The position numbers were made by a program, and so were the translations under genes. Positions 43,675 through 53,273 of a stretch of 64,000 nt of DNA are shown in pieces. The notes under the pieces are model-generated. The model saw only the letters and a program-made list of their open reading frames with translations. It was not told where the DNA came from and did no database searches. This DNA is from Trueperaceae bacterium (lineage in GTDB: Bacteria > Deinococcota > Deinococci > Deinococcales > Trueperaceae). The stretch covers positions 1,728,001-1,792,000 of the forward strand of contig JAXHLW010000013.1 in the NCBI GenBank assembly GCA_034521815.1, given 5' to 3'. Within the stretch, counting starts at the first letter, position 1. The number at the start of each line of letters is the position of its first letter.

Positions 43675-43729
43675 GCGCCGGACGCCGTGGCGCAGGGAGC
43701 CCGGCCGAAAGCGCTCCGAGCGCGAAAAG

Positions 43730-43761
43730 CGAGGGGCCCCGCTTCCTCGCGGGGCCCCTCG
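43730..43761 (-). terminator. Intrinsic terminator between convergent dctM and dctP
   Basis: 13-bp perfect stem CGAGGGGCCCCGC/GCGGGGCCCCTCG with a 6-nt loop, followed by CTTTT on the minus strand. Confidence 0.75.
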
Positions 43762-43810
43762 TCTGCGTGCGTCGCGTCTGCGTGCGTCGCGTCCGCGTTT
43801 CGCGTTTCGC
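43761..43810. repeat. Short tandem repeat (GTCTGCGTGCGTCGC x2 plus degenerate copies)
   Basis: Seen directly in the dctM-dctP intergenic region. Confidence 0.7.
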
Positions 43811-43862
43811 GCGTGCGGTGCGCCTACGGTCGTAGCGAGCCGAAGGATCGCCGTTCCCGACG

Positions 43863-44945
43863 TCAGTCGTTACCGTAGATGAAGTTCGCGTACGCGTAGC
43901 TGCTCGGTTCCTGCCAGGCGCGCGCGGTGGCGAGGAAGGCGTTGTAGTTCTCGAGCACGCGGCCGTACAGGTCGTTCCCCTCGGCGTTCACGGCGTGGAT
44001 CTCGGCCGTCGCCTCGCGCAGCGCCTGGAGGATCTCGTCGCTCAGCGTCCGGACCTGCGTGCCTCCGTCGACCATCCGCGCCAGGGCCGCCGCGTTCTTC
44101 GCCAGGTACTCGGCCAGCATCTGCTGGTTCGAGCGCGCAGCCGCCGACTTGAACACCTCCTGGATGTCCAGCGGCAGGTCGTCGTACTGACTGCGGTTCA
44201 TGTACACCGCCAGCGACGCGCCGGGCTCGGCCCAGCTGGGCAGGTAGTAGTACGTCGCGGCGTTGTTCAGGCCCAGGATCTCGTCGTCGTACGGCCCGAC
44301 CCAGTCGGCCGCGTCGATCACGCCGGTGTCCAGCGAGATGAACACCTCGCCGCCGGGGATGTTCTGGACGTTCGCGCCGACGCGGCTGAGCGCCTGGCCT
44401 CCGAACCCGGGCAAGCGGATCGTCAGGCCCTGCAGGTCGGCGACGGTATGGATCTCGCGCTTGAACCAGCCGCTCGTCTGCGGACCGGTGTTGCCCGCGG
44501 GGTACATGATCACGTCGTCGGGCGCGGTCAGCTCGTCCGAGAGGGCCTGGCCGTCGCCAGAGTTCATCCACGCGCCGAACTGCGCGGCGTCCATCCCGAA
44601 CGGGACGGCGGTGAAGAAGGCGTGGACGGGATTCTTGCCGTAGAAGTAGTACGGCGCGGCGTGGCCCATCGCGAACGCGCCGGACGAGACGGCGTCGTAC
44701 ACCTCGAACGCCCCGACCTGCGCGCCCGCGGGGTACACGTTCACCTCGACGTCGCCGCCCGTCATCTCGTTCAGGTACCTGGCGGTGTTCTGCGCGCCTC
44801 CGATGAGCACGTCGAGCGCGGTCGGCCACGACGTCACCATGTCGAACCGGTAGGTGGCGGCCTGGGCGTTCGCGAACATCAGCGGGGACAGTCCTGCTCC
44901 GACCGTGGCGACACCGGCCTTTTTCAGGAAATCACGGCGCTTCAT
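43863..44945 (-). CDS. dctP: TRAP substrate-binding protein (TakP-like, monocarboxylate/2-keto-acid type) with Tat signal
   Basis: MKRRDFLKK twin-arginine signal; MVTSWP, AVPFGM, GNTGPQTSGWF, DAADWVGPYDD, WAEPG; AGGAGG RBS. Confidence 0.92.
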   Translation of the reverse strand: MKRRDFLKKAGVATVGAGLSPLMFANAQAATYRFDMVTSWPTALDVLIGGAQNTARYLNEMTGGDVEVNVYPAGAQVGAFEVYDAVSSGAFAMGHAAPYYFYGKNPVHAFFTAVPFGMDAAQFGAWMNSGDGQALSDELTAPDDVIMYPAGNTGPQTSGWFKREIHTVADLQGLTIRLPGFGGQALSRVGANVQNIPGGEVFISLDTGVIDAADWVGPYDDEILGLNNAATYYYLPSWAEPGASLAVYMNRSQYDDLPLDIQEVFKSAAARSNQQMLAEYLAKNAAALARMVDGGTQVRTLSDEILQALREATAEIHAVNAEGNDLYGRVLENYNAFLATARAWQEPSSYAYANFIYGND

Positions 44946-45001
44946 ACGAGTACCTCCTGGGCTAGAACGAATTGGGGACCGGGTTCGAGCATACATGGGC
45001 G

Positions 45002-45078
45002 GAATATCCCTTGCAATGTCCCTTTTCAGTGTCCCTATTTCAGTGTCCTGCGAGGTGGCGGCAGTGTCCCTGCGAGGT
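45002..45078. repeat. Five imperfect direct repeats of CAGTGTCCCT in the divergent dctP/phnD promoter region
   Basis: Units start at 45002, 45014, 45027, 45041 and 45062. Confidence 0.7.
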
Positions 45079-45145
45079 CGCGCGCGACGCCCCGCGCCGG
45101 GACGCCCACAGCGCGTTCGGCCCGTCCTGGTAGCCCTTCCCCGGC

Positions 45146-45177
45146 CTTACGAAGGGCTGACATCTGCGTGCTACGAT
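45146..45177 (+). promoter_or_regulatory. Candidate Pho-box-like 11-bp direct repeat plus -10 box for phnD
   Basis: CTTACG at 45146 and CTGACA at 45157 (11-bp spacing); TACGAT at 45172. Confidence 0.45.
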
Positions 45178-45252
45178 TCGTCAACGGCGCACCCGCGCGT
45201 CGCTCAGGCACGAAGCTCTTCCACGCACGCAGCTCTCCTAGGAGGATCCCCT

Positions 45253-46119
45253 TTGAAGCAGTTCATCGCGAAGCTCATGGCCGTGGCGCTCGTCGTCACG
45301 CTCGTTCCGTTCGCCGCCTCCGCCCAGGACGGCGACGTGCCCACCGAGCTGGTGCTCGGCATGGTTCCCAGCCGCGAGGCGGGCGCGATCGCCGACTCGC
45401 TCGAGCCGCTGGCCGATCTCCTGTCCGAGCGCCTGTTGATCCCGGTCGAGACGTTCATCTCGACGAACTACGTCGGCCTGGTCGAGGCGATGGGCAACGG
45501 CCGCGTCGATATCGGCTTCTTCGGACCGTCGGCGATGGTTCAGGCCATCGACCGCTACGACGCCGTGCCGATCACCGCGTCGGTCCGCTACGGATCGTCG
45601 ACGTACAAGACGCAGTTCAACGTGCGCTGCGACGGCCCGATCGAGTCGTACGACGACTTCCGCGGCGCCAGCATCGCCTTCGTGGACCCCGGCTCGGCCT
45701 CCGGCTACCAGTTCCCGTACGTGTTCCTGAAGAACCAGTACGGCATCGACGCGAACGACGACATGTCGACCGTGTTCGCCGGCAGCCACGACGCCGCCGC
45801 GCTGGCCGTGTACAACGGTGACGTCGACATCGCCACGAGCTTCAACGACGTCCGCGAGGACCTGCTGGACGAGTACCCGGACATCATGGAGCAGGTGTGC
45901 GTGCTGGGCTACACCGGCGACATCCCCAACGACGGACAGGTCGTCCGCGCCGGGCTGGACAGCGAGCTCGCCGCGCAGATCCAGCAGGCGCTGATCGACA
46001 TCGCCGAGACCGAAGAGGGCAACGCGCTGGTCAACGAGCTGTTCAACGTCACCGCGTTCGATCCGGTTTCGAGCGAGGCGTACGATCCGGTCCGCGAGGT
46101 CCTGGCCGAGTTCCAGTAG
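45253..46119 (+). CDS. phnD: Phosphate/phosphite/phosphonate ABC transporter substrate-binding protein
   Basis: Signal peptide; GMVPS, YVGLVEAM, FVDPGSASGYQFP, AGSHD, IPND; TTG start with AGGAGG RBS. Confidence 0.92.
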   Translation: MKQFIAKLMAVALVVTLVPFAASAQDGDVPTELVLGMVPSREAGAIADSLEPLADLLSERLLIPVETFISTNYVGLVEAMGNGRVDIGFFGPSAMVQAIDRYDAVPITASVRYGSSTYKTQFNVRCDGPIESYDDFRGASIAFVDPGSASGYQFPYVFLKNQYGIDANDDMSTVFAGSHDAAALAVYNGDVDIATSFNDVREDLLDEYPDIMEQVCVLGYTGDIPNDGQVVRAGLDSELAAQIQQALIDIAETEEGNALVNELFNVTAFDPVSSEAYDPVREVLAEFQ

Positions 46120-46170
46120 CCCGGTAGACGGATCCGGCGCGCTCCGGCGCCCGCCTTCGTCATCGCGCTC

Positions 46171-46200
46171 GCGGCCCCGGGCTCCCGCCCGGGGCCGCTT
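46171..46200 (+). terminator. Hairpin (terminator or mRNA stabiliser) after phnD
   Basis: 12-bp stem GCGGCCCCGGGC/GCCCGGGGCCGC, 4-nt loop, then TT. Confidence 0.6.
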
Positions 46201-46296
46201 CACGGTGCCCGTCCGGTGGCCGCCGTCGGCCGCCGCCCTCGGTCGGCCGCCGCCGAGGGGTCGCGACTCGGATACACTCCCGGGCAGGAGCCCCGC

Positions 46297-47067
46297 ATGA
46301 TCGAATTCCGTGACCTCGAAGTCACCTACCCCAACGGATTCAAGGCCCTGAAAGGGATCGACCTGACGATCCCGAAGGGGCAGTTCGTCGTGATCGTGGG
46401 GCTGTCCGGGGCGGGCAAGTCGACGCTGATCCGGACGGTGAACCACCTCGTGCCCCCCTCGAAGGGCGACGTCGTGATCGACGGACGCTCGGTCGGCGGC
46501 GCCAATCGCAGCGAGCTGCGCCGCATCCGCTCGAAGATCGGCATGATCTTCCAGACGTTCAACCTGGTCAAGCGCTCCTCGGTGCTTCGCAACGTGCTGG
46601 CGGGCCGGCTGGGTCACGTCTCGCCGCTGCGCGGCTTGCTGGGCCTGTTCTCGAAGCACGATCTGGGCCTCGCCCACGAGTCGCTGCGGCGCGTCGGCAT
46701 CCCCGAGAAGGCGTGGCAGCGCGCGGACGCGCTGTCGGGCGGGCAGCAGCAGCGCGTCGGCATCGCCCGGGCGCTGGCGCAGCAGCCCGAGGTGATGCTG
46801 GCCGACGAGCCGGTCGCGAGCCTCGATCCGCCCACCAGCCACGCGGTGATGAGCGACCTGAAGCGCATCTCGCGCGAGGACGGGATCACCACCCTCGTGA
46901 ACCTGCACTTCATCGACATGGCGCGCGAGTACGCCGACCGGATCGTCGGGATGCGCGACGGCGTGATCGTGTTCGACGGCACGCCGGACGAGGCGACCGA
47001 CCAGGCGTTCGAGGACATCTACGGACGGCCGATCGACGAGGAGAAGGACCTTCGCGGTGCTGCCTGA
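46297..47067 (+). CDS. phnC: Phosphonate ABC transporter ATP-binding protein
   Basis: GLSGAGKST, LSGGQQQRVGIARAL, LADEPVASLDP, VNLH. Confidence 0.95.
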   Translation: MIEFRDLEVTYPNGFKALKGIDLTIPKGQFVVIVGLSGAGKSTLIRTVNHLVPPSKGDVVIDGRSVGGANRSELRRIRSKIGMIFQTFNLVKRSSVLRNVLAGRLGHVSPLRGLLGLFSKHDLGLAHESLRRVGIPEKAWQRADALSGGQQQRVGIARALAQQPEVMLADEPVASLDPPTSHAVMSDLKRISREDGITTLVNLHFIDMAREYADRIVGMRDGVIVFDGTPDEATDQAFEDIYGRPIDEEKDLRGAA

Positions 47068-47857
47068 GCCGGCCGCGACCTCGCAGATCCCCGAACGGCC
47101 CGCCGGTCAACGCAAGGTGGCGGCGGCCACCCTGGCGACGTTCGTCGCGCTGTTCCTGGTCTCGGCCTGGCAGACCGGCTTCTCGGTCGGCGACCTGGCG
47201 ACGGGGACCGGCGACTTCTTCCGCTTCTTCGGCCGCATGGTTCCCGATTGGAGCTACCTGCCGAAGGTGTGGGGGCCGATCCTCGAAACGATCCAGATCG
47301 CCTACCTGGGCACGCTGTTCGGCACCGCGCTGGCGTTGCCGCTGCTCTTCCTCGCCTCGGCCAACACCACCACCGACCGCGTGACCCTGGCGGTGTCGCG
47401 TTCGGTCCTGACGGTCCTGCGCTCGATCCCCGACCTGCTGTACGCCGCGTTGCTGGCGCCCATCCTGGCGATCGGTCCCCTGCCCGGCGTGGTCGCGCTG
47501 ACCCTGTTCAGCATGGCGGTCCTCGCGAAGCTGGGCTCGGAGACGGTCGAGGCCGCCGATCCCGGTCCGATGGAGGCCGTGCGCGCGACCGGCGCCGGCC
47601 GCAACCGCGTGATCGTCTACGCCGTCGTCCCGCAGGTGGCGGCGACGATGACCAGCTACATCCTGTACGTGTTCGAGATCAACGTCCGGGCCTCGGTCAT
47701 CATCGGGCTGGTCGGCGCGGGCGGCATCGGCCAGGACCTCCTGGCCCGCCTGAACTTCTTCGCGTACGGCGACGTCTCGACCATCATCGTGGTGATCTTC
47801 GTCCTCGTCCTGGCCATCGACGCGCTGTCGGTGTGGGCAAGGTCCAAACTCATCTGA
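47057..47857 (+). CDS. phnE: Phosphonate ABC transporter permease
   Basis: RSIPDLL, DPGPMEAVRATGA, VFEINVRAS..IGLVGAGGIG. Confidence 0.93.
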   Translation: MLPEPAATSQIPERPAGQRKVAAATLATFVALFLVSAWQTGFSVGDLATGTGDFFRFFGRMVPDWSYLPKVWGPILETIQIAYLGTLFGTALALPLLFLASANTTTDRVTLAVSRSVLTVLRSIPDLLYAALLAPILAIGPLPGVVALTLFSMAVLAKLGSETVEAADPGPMEAVRATGAGRNRVIVYAVVPQVAATMTSYILYVFEINVRASVIIGLVGAGGIGQDLLARLNFFAYGDVSTIIVVIFVLVLAIDALSVWARSKLI

Positions 47858-48687
47858 TGCGCGACGCCGCCCCCGCCAACGCCTCCCCCGCCGCCTCCGT
47901 CCCGACCCCGCCGCCCCAGGTGCGTCGCGCCAACGTGGCCCGCGCCGGACTGGTCGTGACGATCCTGCTGCTGGCCGTCGTCACGGTGATCACGCTGGAC
48001 CTGCCGTCGCTCGAGCGCGTGGCTCGCGGCCTGAAGAACAACGCCGTCCCCCTGCTGCGCGGGTTCGTCCAGCCTCGCTGGGAGATCGCGCCGCTGGCGT
48101 TCTCGTCGATGGCCGAGACGTTCTTCATGGCGGTCATCGGCACCACGATCGGCGCGATCCTCGCCTTTCCGCTGTCGTTCCTCGCGGCCGGCAACCTGCT
48201 GGGCGGCACGCGCTTCGCGGTTCCCGGCAAGACGGTGCTGGTCGCGATCCGAACGTTTCCCGAGATCCTGCTGGCGATCATCTTCGTCGCCGCGACCGGG
48301 CCCGGCCCGACCGCCGGGATCATGGCGATGGGGATCCACTCGATCGGCTTCCTGGGCAAGATCTTCGCCGACGTGATCGAGGGGATCGACCCCGGACCGA
48401 ACGAGGCGATCCGGGCCGCCGGCGGCGGCGCGCTGCTCGTGTTCGTGTGGAGCGTGGTGCCTCAGGTGCTTCCCGAGTTCGCGTCCAACGTTCTGTACCG
48501 CTTCGAGATCAACCTGCGCGCCGCCACGGTGCTGGGCCTGGTGGGGGCGGGCGGCATCGGCCTGCCGCTGATCCAGCGCCTGCAGTTCCGGCGCTGGGAA
48601 GAGGTGTCGATGCTCCTGATCGTGATCGTTGCTTTCGTGATCGTGGTCGACGCGCTGTCGGGTCGCATCCGTCGCCGCCTGGTGTGA
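47857..48687 (+). CDS. phnE: Phosphonate ABC transporter permease (second copy)
   Basis: RTFPEI, IDPGPNEAIRAAG, YRFEINLRAATVLGLVGAGGIG. Confidence 0.93.
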   Translation: MRDAAPANASPAASVPTPPPQVRRANVARAGLVVTILLLAVVTVITLDLPSLERVARGLKNNAVPLLRGFVQPRWEIAPLAFSSMAETFFMAVIGTTIGAILAFPLSFLAAGNLLGGTRFAVPGKTVLVAIRTFPEILLAIIFVAATGPGPTAGIMAMGIHSIGFLGKIFADVIEGIDPGPNEAIRAAGGGALLVFVWSVVPQVLPEFASNVLYRFEINLRAATVLGLVGAGGIGLPLIQRLQFRRWEEVSMLLIVIVAFVIVVDALSGRIRRRLV

Positions 48688-48759
48688 GGGCCGCGATCGC
48701 GCGGGCCGCGATCCGCGGCGGATCGCGTGATCCGAGAGCGCTCGGCCTGGGCCGGGCGC

Positions 48760-49539
48760 TCAGCCGGCCGTGTCGGCGACGATCCTGAGTCCGTGCAGCG
48801 TGAGGAGCGGGTCGACGATCTCGATCCGCTTGGCGTGCGGCCCGACCACCTCGGCGAAGCCGCCGGTCGCGACGACCCGGAGGCGGCCGTGCTCGCCGAT
48901 CTCCTCGCGCGCCTCGCGTTCGATCCGGCCCACCATGCCGTCCACCATCTCGGCGTAGCCGAAGACCAGTCCCGACCGCAGGGCGTCGACGGTGTTGCGG
49001 CCCACGGCGCGCTCGGGAGCCGTCAGCTCGACGCGCGGCAGCTTCGCGGCGCGGTGGAACAGCGCCTCGGCCGCGATCATCGGACCGGGCGCCAGCGCCA
49101 CGCCCAGCAGCCGGTTCGGGTGCACGATCAGGTCGAAGTTCGCGGCCGTTCCGAAGTCGACGGCGATGACGGCGTCGCCCTCGTAGCGCAGCGCCGCGAC
49201 CGCGTTCACCAGACGGTCCGCGCCGACCTCGGAGGGGCGCTCCGTCTCGATGCTCAGCAGCGAGGCGACCCGCTCGTGGTCGACGACCGTGGTCGGTGCC
49301 GAGAAGCGGTCCTGGAGCGCCCGGGCGATCTCGCGACCTGCTGGCGGCACCACGGACGACACGATCGCCCGGTCGGGCGGCTCGACCGTGTCGAGCGCCA
49401 AGAGGTTCGCGAGGAGCACGGCGTACTGGTCCGCCATCCGGCGGGCGTCGGTCGAGATGCGCCAGTGCGCCATCAGCGCATCGCCCCGGAACAGGCCCAG
49501 AACGGTGCTGGTGTTGCCGACGTCGACGGCGAGCAGCAT
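48760..49539 (-). CDS. coaX: Type III pantothenate kinase
   Basis: [38 protein letters not shown]. Confidence 0.95.
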   Translation of the reverse strand: MLLAVDVGNTSTVLGLFRGDALMAHWRISTDARRMADQYAVLLANLLALDTVEPPDRAIVSSVVPPAGREIARALQDRFSAPTTVVDHERVASLLSIETERPSEVGADRLVNAVAALRYEGDAVIAVDFGTAANFDLIVHPNRLLGVALAPGPMIAAEALFHRAAKLPRVELTAPERAVGRNTVDALRSGLVFGYAEMVDGMVGRIEREAREEIGEHGRLRVVATGGFAEVVGPHAKRIEIVDPLLTLHGLRIVADTAG

Positions 49540-49590
49540 GGCGCCAGCGTACCGCGGGGCTCGCGGCTAGACTCGCGGGTAGACTCCCGC
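49540..49590. promoter_or_regulatory. Back-to-back leaderless promoters for coaX and dcd
   Basis: Minus-strand TACGCT (49546-49551) is 6 nt from the coaX ATG; plus-strand TAGACT occurs twice (49568, 49580), the second 5 nt before the dcd ATG; no RBS. Confidence 0.65.
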
Positions 49591-50142
49591 ATGGCCATTC
49601 GATCGGACCGTTGGATTCGCGAGCGCGCCCGCCAGGGCATGATCGATCCGTTCGTCGAGCACCTCGAGCGCGAAGGCGTGATCAGCTACGGCCTCTCGAG
49701 CTTCGGCTACGACCTGCGCGCCGCGCCCGAGTGGCGGGTGTTCGTCAACGCGTTCAACACCGTGGTCGACCCCAAGGCGTTCGATCCCGCCAGCTTCGTC
49801 GAGGTGAACGCGGATACCTGCATCATCCCGCCGAACTCGTTCGTGCTCACCCGCTCGGTCGAGTACCTCAAGATTCCCGACGACGTCCTGGTCGTCGCGC
49901 TGGGCAAGTCGTCGTACGCCCGGTCCGGGATCGTCGCGAACGTCACGCCGCTGGAGCCGGGCTGGGAAGGCCACGTGACCTTGGAGCTGTCGAACACCAC
50001 GCCGCTTCCCGCGAAGGTGTACGCCAACGAGGGCATCGTGCAGCTCCTCTTCTTCCAAGGCGACGAGCGACCCGAGACCACCTACGCCGACCGGAAGGGC
50101 AAGTACATGGGCCAGCGAGGGGTGACGCTGCCGAAGGTGTGA
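49591..50142 (+). CDS. dcd: dCTP deaminase
   Basis: [51 protein letters not shown]. Confidence 0.96.
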   Translation: MAIRSDRWIRERARQGMIDPFVEHLEREGVISYGLSSFGYDLRAAPEWRVFVNAFNTVVDPKAFDPASFVEVNADTCIIPPNSFVLTRSVEYLKIPDDVLVVALGKSSYARSGIVANVTPLEPGWEGHVTLELSNTTPLPAKVYANEGIVQLLFFQGDERPETTYADRKGKYMGQRGVTLPKV

Positions 50143-50275
50143 GTCGTGGCGCGCCGCCGCCAGGCCGTGGCGCGGTGGCGCAGGGATGGGGCATTCGTCT
50201 CTTCGCGCCGCCGTACGAGTCGACGCGGCACGAAGGGCGCGCTTCACGGCGTCGCCGACCGGAGGAGGCGCTGCG

Positions 50276-51194
50276 GTGGCGGATCGGACCCGGCTACAAG
50301 GAGATCATCGACAATCTCTACGACGGCGTGTACTTCGTCGACCGCGACCGCGTCATCACCTACTGGAACAACGGCGCGGAGCGCATTACCGGGTACCGCA
50401 GCGACGACGTGCGAGGGCGCTCGTGCCGGGACGGCATCCTCAACCACGTGACCGCCGAGGGTCATGCGTTGTGCACGGGCGACTGCCCGCTCGCGGCGTG
50501 CATGGAGGACGGCGAGGTGCGCGAGGCGGACGTGTTCCTGCATCACGCGGAGGGGCACCGGCTGCCCGTTCTGGTGCGGTGCGCGCCGCTTCGCGACGAC
50601 GACGGAACGATCATCGGCGCGGTCGAGACGTTCAGCAGCGAGCTCGGCGTCCGCTCGGCCCGCAAGGAGCTCGGCGAGCTGCGCCGCTCGGTACGGACCG
50701 ACCAGCTGACGGGGATCGGCAACCGTGCGCACCTCGAGGGGCGCTTGCGCGCGTTGGTCGCGGAGTACCAGCAGCGGCCGGGCGAGGCGGCCGTCGTGAT
50801 GGTGGACATCGACCGTTTCAAGGAGGTGAACGACACGCTCGGTCACGAGGTGGGCGACCGGGTGTTGCGGATGGTGGCGACGACGCTGAGGCGCAACCTG
50901 CGCGCGGGCGACACCGTCGGACGGTGGGGAGGCGAGGAGTTCGTCGCCATCCTGGACGGCGTGCACACCGACGACGATCTGAGACGGGTGTGCGACAAGC
51001 TGCGCACGCTGGTCGCCTCCTCCCGCCTCGACGTCGGCGACCGGGGGGTCGCGGTGACGCTCTCGATGGGGGCGACGCTGATTCGTCACGACGACACGCC
51101 CGCCTCGGTGGTCGCGCGGGCGGACGAGCTGATGTACGACAGCAAGCGAGCGGGTCGCGACCGGGTCACGGTGGACCCGACCGGGCAGCGCTAG
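50276..51194 (+). CDS. PAS-GGDEF diguanylate cyclase (start uncertain; probable +1 indel at ~50290)
   Basis: PAS segment (DGVYFVDRDRVITYWNNGAERITGY), DQLTGIGNR, DIDRFKEVNDTLGH..GD, RAGD I-site, GGEEF, ADELMYDSKRAGRDR. Confidence 0.9.
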
Positions 51195-52578
51195 CCGGAT
51201 CGGGGTCGTCGGCGGTCGCGTCCGCGTTCGGAAGCGTGATGGTGAACGTGGTCGCTCCCGTCTCGGAGCGCGGCACGATCCGACCACCGTGCGCCTCGAC
51301 GAGCTGCTTCGCGATCGCGAGACCCAGGCCCGTGCCTCCGCCCGGGCCGGGCTGGAACGGCTCGAACAGCCTGGCGGCGACGTCGGGTGGAATGCCCGGC
51401 CCATCGTCGCGCACCTCGAGGTGGACGCTTCCCTCGCCGCTGCGCCAAGCGACGGTGACCGTACCTTCCGGGCCTGCAGCGCGCACCGCGTTCGCCACCA
51501 GGTTGCGGAGCGCCTGACGCAGCCGCTCGCGCTCGCCCAGCACCAACGCCTCGTCGCCCTCGACCACGCGCACGCCGTCGAACTCCGCGGCCACGGGACG
51601 GACGAGCTCCGGACCGACGTCGACGAGGCGAAGATCCAGCTCCCGCACCAGCCGCCCCCGCGACAGCTCGAGCAGGTCCTCGACCAGCCGCGCCATCGAC
51701 GCCGCGATGCGCTCGGCGTCGGCCAGGTCCTGCTCCGCCTCCGGCCCCGCCGTCCGACGCGACCGCGCCAAGAAGCCCCGCAACGAGGTCAGCGGCGTGC
51801 GCAGCTCGTGACTCGTCTCGGCCAGGAAGCGTCGCTGGGCGTCGCGTGCCTCGCGAAGGCGCACCAGCAGCGCGTCCAGGACCGCCGCCAGGCGACCCAC
51901 GTCGTCGTCGCGAACCGCCAGCCCCAGCGGCTCCAGGTCGTCGGGTCCCAGCCGAGAGGCCGAGGCCGCCAGGCGACGGATCGGCGTCGTCGCCGCCCGC
52001 GCCGCCAGCCACGCGACCGGCAGGGCCAACGCCAGCAGCGCCGCGCCCGCCAGCATCAAGGTGCCCGCCACGCCGCGGAGCGCCGCACCGATGTGCGACG
52101 CGTCGGCCAGCACCGCCACCGTCCCGTACCGGAACGGCGCGGTCGCGGCCTGCAGCGCTGCACCGTCCAGCTCGCCGCGCCAGTCCGCCGGCGCGCTTGC
52201 GACGATGGCGCTCGGAAGGGCGGCGGTCGGCGCCTCGAACGCCGGCTCGCTGGCGGCGAACAGCCTGCCGTCCGGTCCGTACAGCTGCACCTGCACCCGT
52301 CCCGTGGGGCCGGGCCGGGCCGAGGAGGTCCGGCCCGGCTCGGCCGCGTCGTACGCGGCGGCGACCTGTCGGACGTCGCGCCGCAGCGCTTCCTGGAGGT
52401 CGCTGCGCAAGGCGGTCCGGACGGCGACGAAGGCGCTGAGCGCGACGAGGATCATCAGCACCGCCGTGGCGCCGGCCACCCACGCCGCGACGCGAACCCG
52501 CAACGACGGCCCGGCGCGGTCGGTGCCGCGCCGGGCCGTGCGTCTCCTCGAGGTTCGCCGCCGAGCCGTGCGCCTCAC
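51166..52578 (-). CDS. HAMP-domain sensor histidine kinase
   Basis: Two TM segments, HAMP, SHELRTPL H-box, NLVANAV, DDGPGI, GTGLGLAI; GTGA overlap with the regulator stop. Confidence 0.93.
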   Translation of the reverse strand: MRRTARRRTSRRRTARRGTDRAGPSLRVRVAAWVAGATAVLMILVALSAFVAVRTALRSDLQEALRRDVRQVAAAYDAAEPGRTSSARPGPTGRVQVQLYGPDGRLFAASEPAFEAPTAALPSAIVASAPADWRGELDGAALQAATAPFRYGTVAVLADASHIGAALRGVAGTLMLAGAALLALALPVAWLAARAATTPIRRLAASASRLGPDDLEPLGLAVRDDDVGRLAAVLDALLVRLREARDAQRRFLAETSHELRTPLTSLRGFLARSRRTAGPEAEQDLADAERIAASMARLVEDLLELSRGRLVRELDLRLVDVGPELVRPVAAEFDGVRVVEGDEALVLGERERLRQALRNLVANAVRAAGPEGTVTVAWRSGEGSVHLEVRDDGPGIPPDVAARLFEPFQPGPGGGTGLGLAIAKQLVEAHGGRIVPRSETGATTFTITLPNADATADDPDPASAARSGPP

Positions 52579-53273
52579 CCCTGCGATTTCACGGCGTAGC
52601 CGACGCCGCGCACGGTGCGGATCAGGCCGGGAGCCCCTGCGTCCCGGAGCTTGCCGCGCAGGTGTCCGACGTGGACGTCGACGGAGTTGCTGGCCGGACC
52701 GCTCTGCTGGCCCCACACCCGCCGCTCGATCTCCTCGCGCGTGAACACCCGCCCCGGCTGCGCCACGAGCAGCGCCAGCAGGTCGAACTCCCGTGGGCTG
52801 AGCGCCACCTCGTGCTGGCCGTGGCGCACCTCGCGCGCCATCCGGTCCACGCTCAGCTCCCCCAGCCGCAACGTCGCCGCGTCGCTGCGGGGCCGCAGCT
52901 GCACGCGGATGCGCGCCACGAGCTCCTCGACGTGGAACGGCTTGACGAGGTAGTCGTCGGCGCCGTCCTCGAGAAGCTGCAGCTTCGATCCCAGCGCGTC
53001 GGTCGCCGTGAGCACGATGATCGGGACGGCGTCCGTCCGCCGGATCCTGCGGGCGATCTCGTCCCCCGGCAGGTCCGGGAGGCCCAGATCGAGCACGACC
53101 AGGTCCGGAACGCGCTCGCGCAGCGCGGTGAGGCCCGTCGCGCCTCGATCGTGATGCTCGACCTCGAACCCCGCCTCGCTCAGCTCCAGGCGGAGCAGCC
53201 GACCGATGTCGGGATCGTCCTCGATCACGAGCACGTGGGGTCGTACGCCGCTGGGCGGTCCCTCCGGGCTCAT
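52575..53273 (-). CDS. OmpR/PhoB family response regulator
   Basis: VIEDD, VLDLGLPD, GADDYLVKPF, LSPREFDLL, SNSVDVHVGHLRGKL, IRTVRGVGY. Confidence 0.95.
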   Translation of the reverse strand: MSPEGPPSGVRPHVLVIEDDPDIGRLLRLELSEAGFEVEHHDRGATGLTALRERVPDLVVLDLGLPDLPGDEIARRIRRTDAVPIIVLTATDALGSKLQLLEDGADDYLVKPFHVEELVARIRVQLRPRSDAATLRLGELSVDRMAREVRHGQHEVALSPREFDLLALLVAQPGRVFTREEIERRVWGQQSGPASNSVDVHVGHLRGKLRDAGAPGLIRTVRGVGYAVKSQG

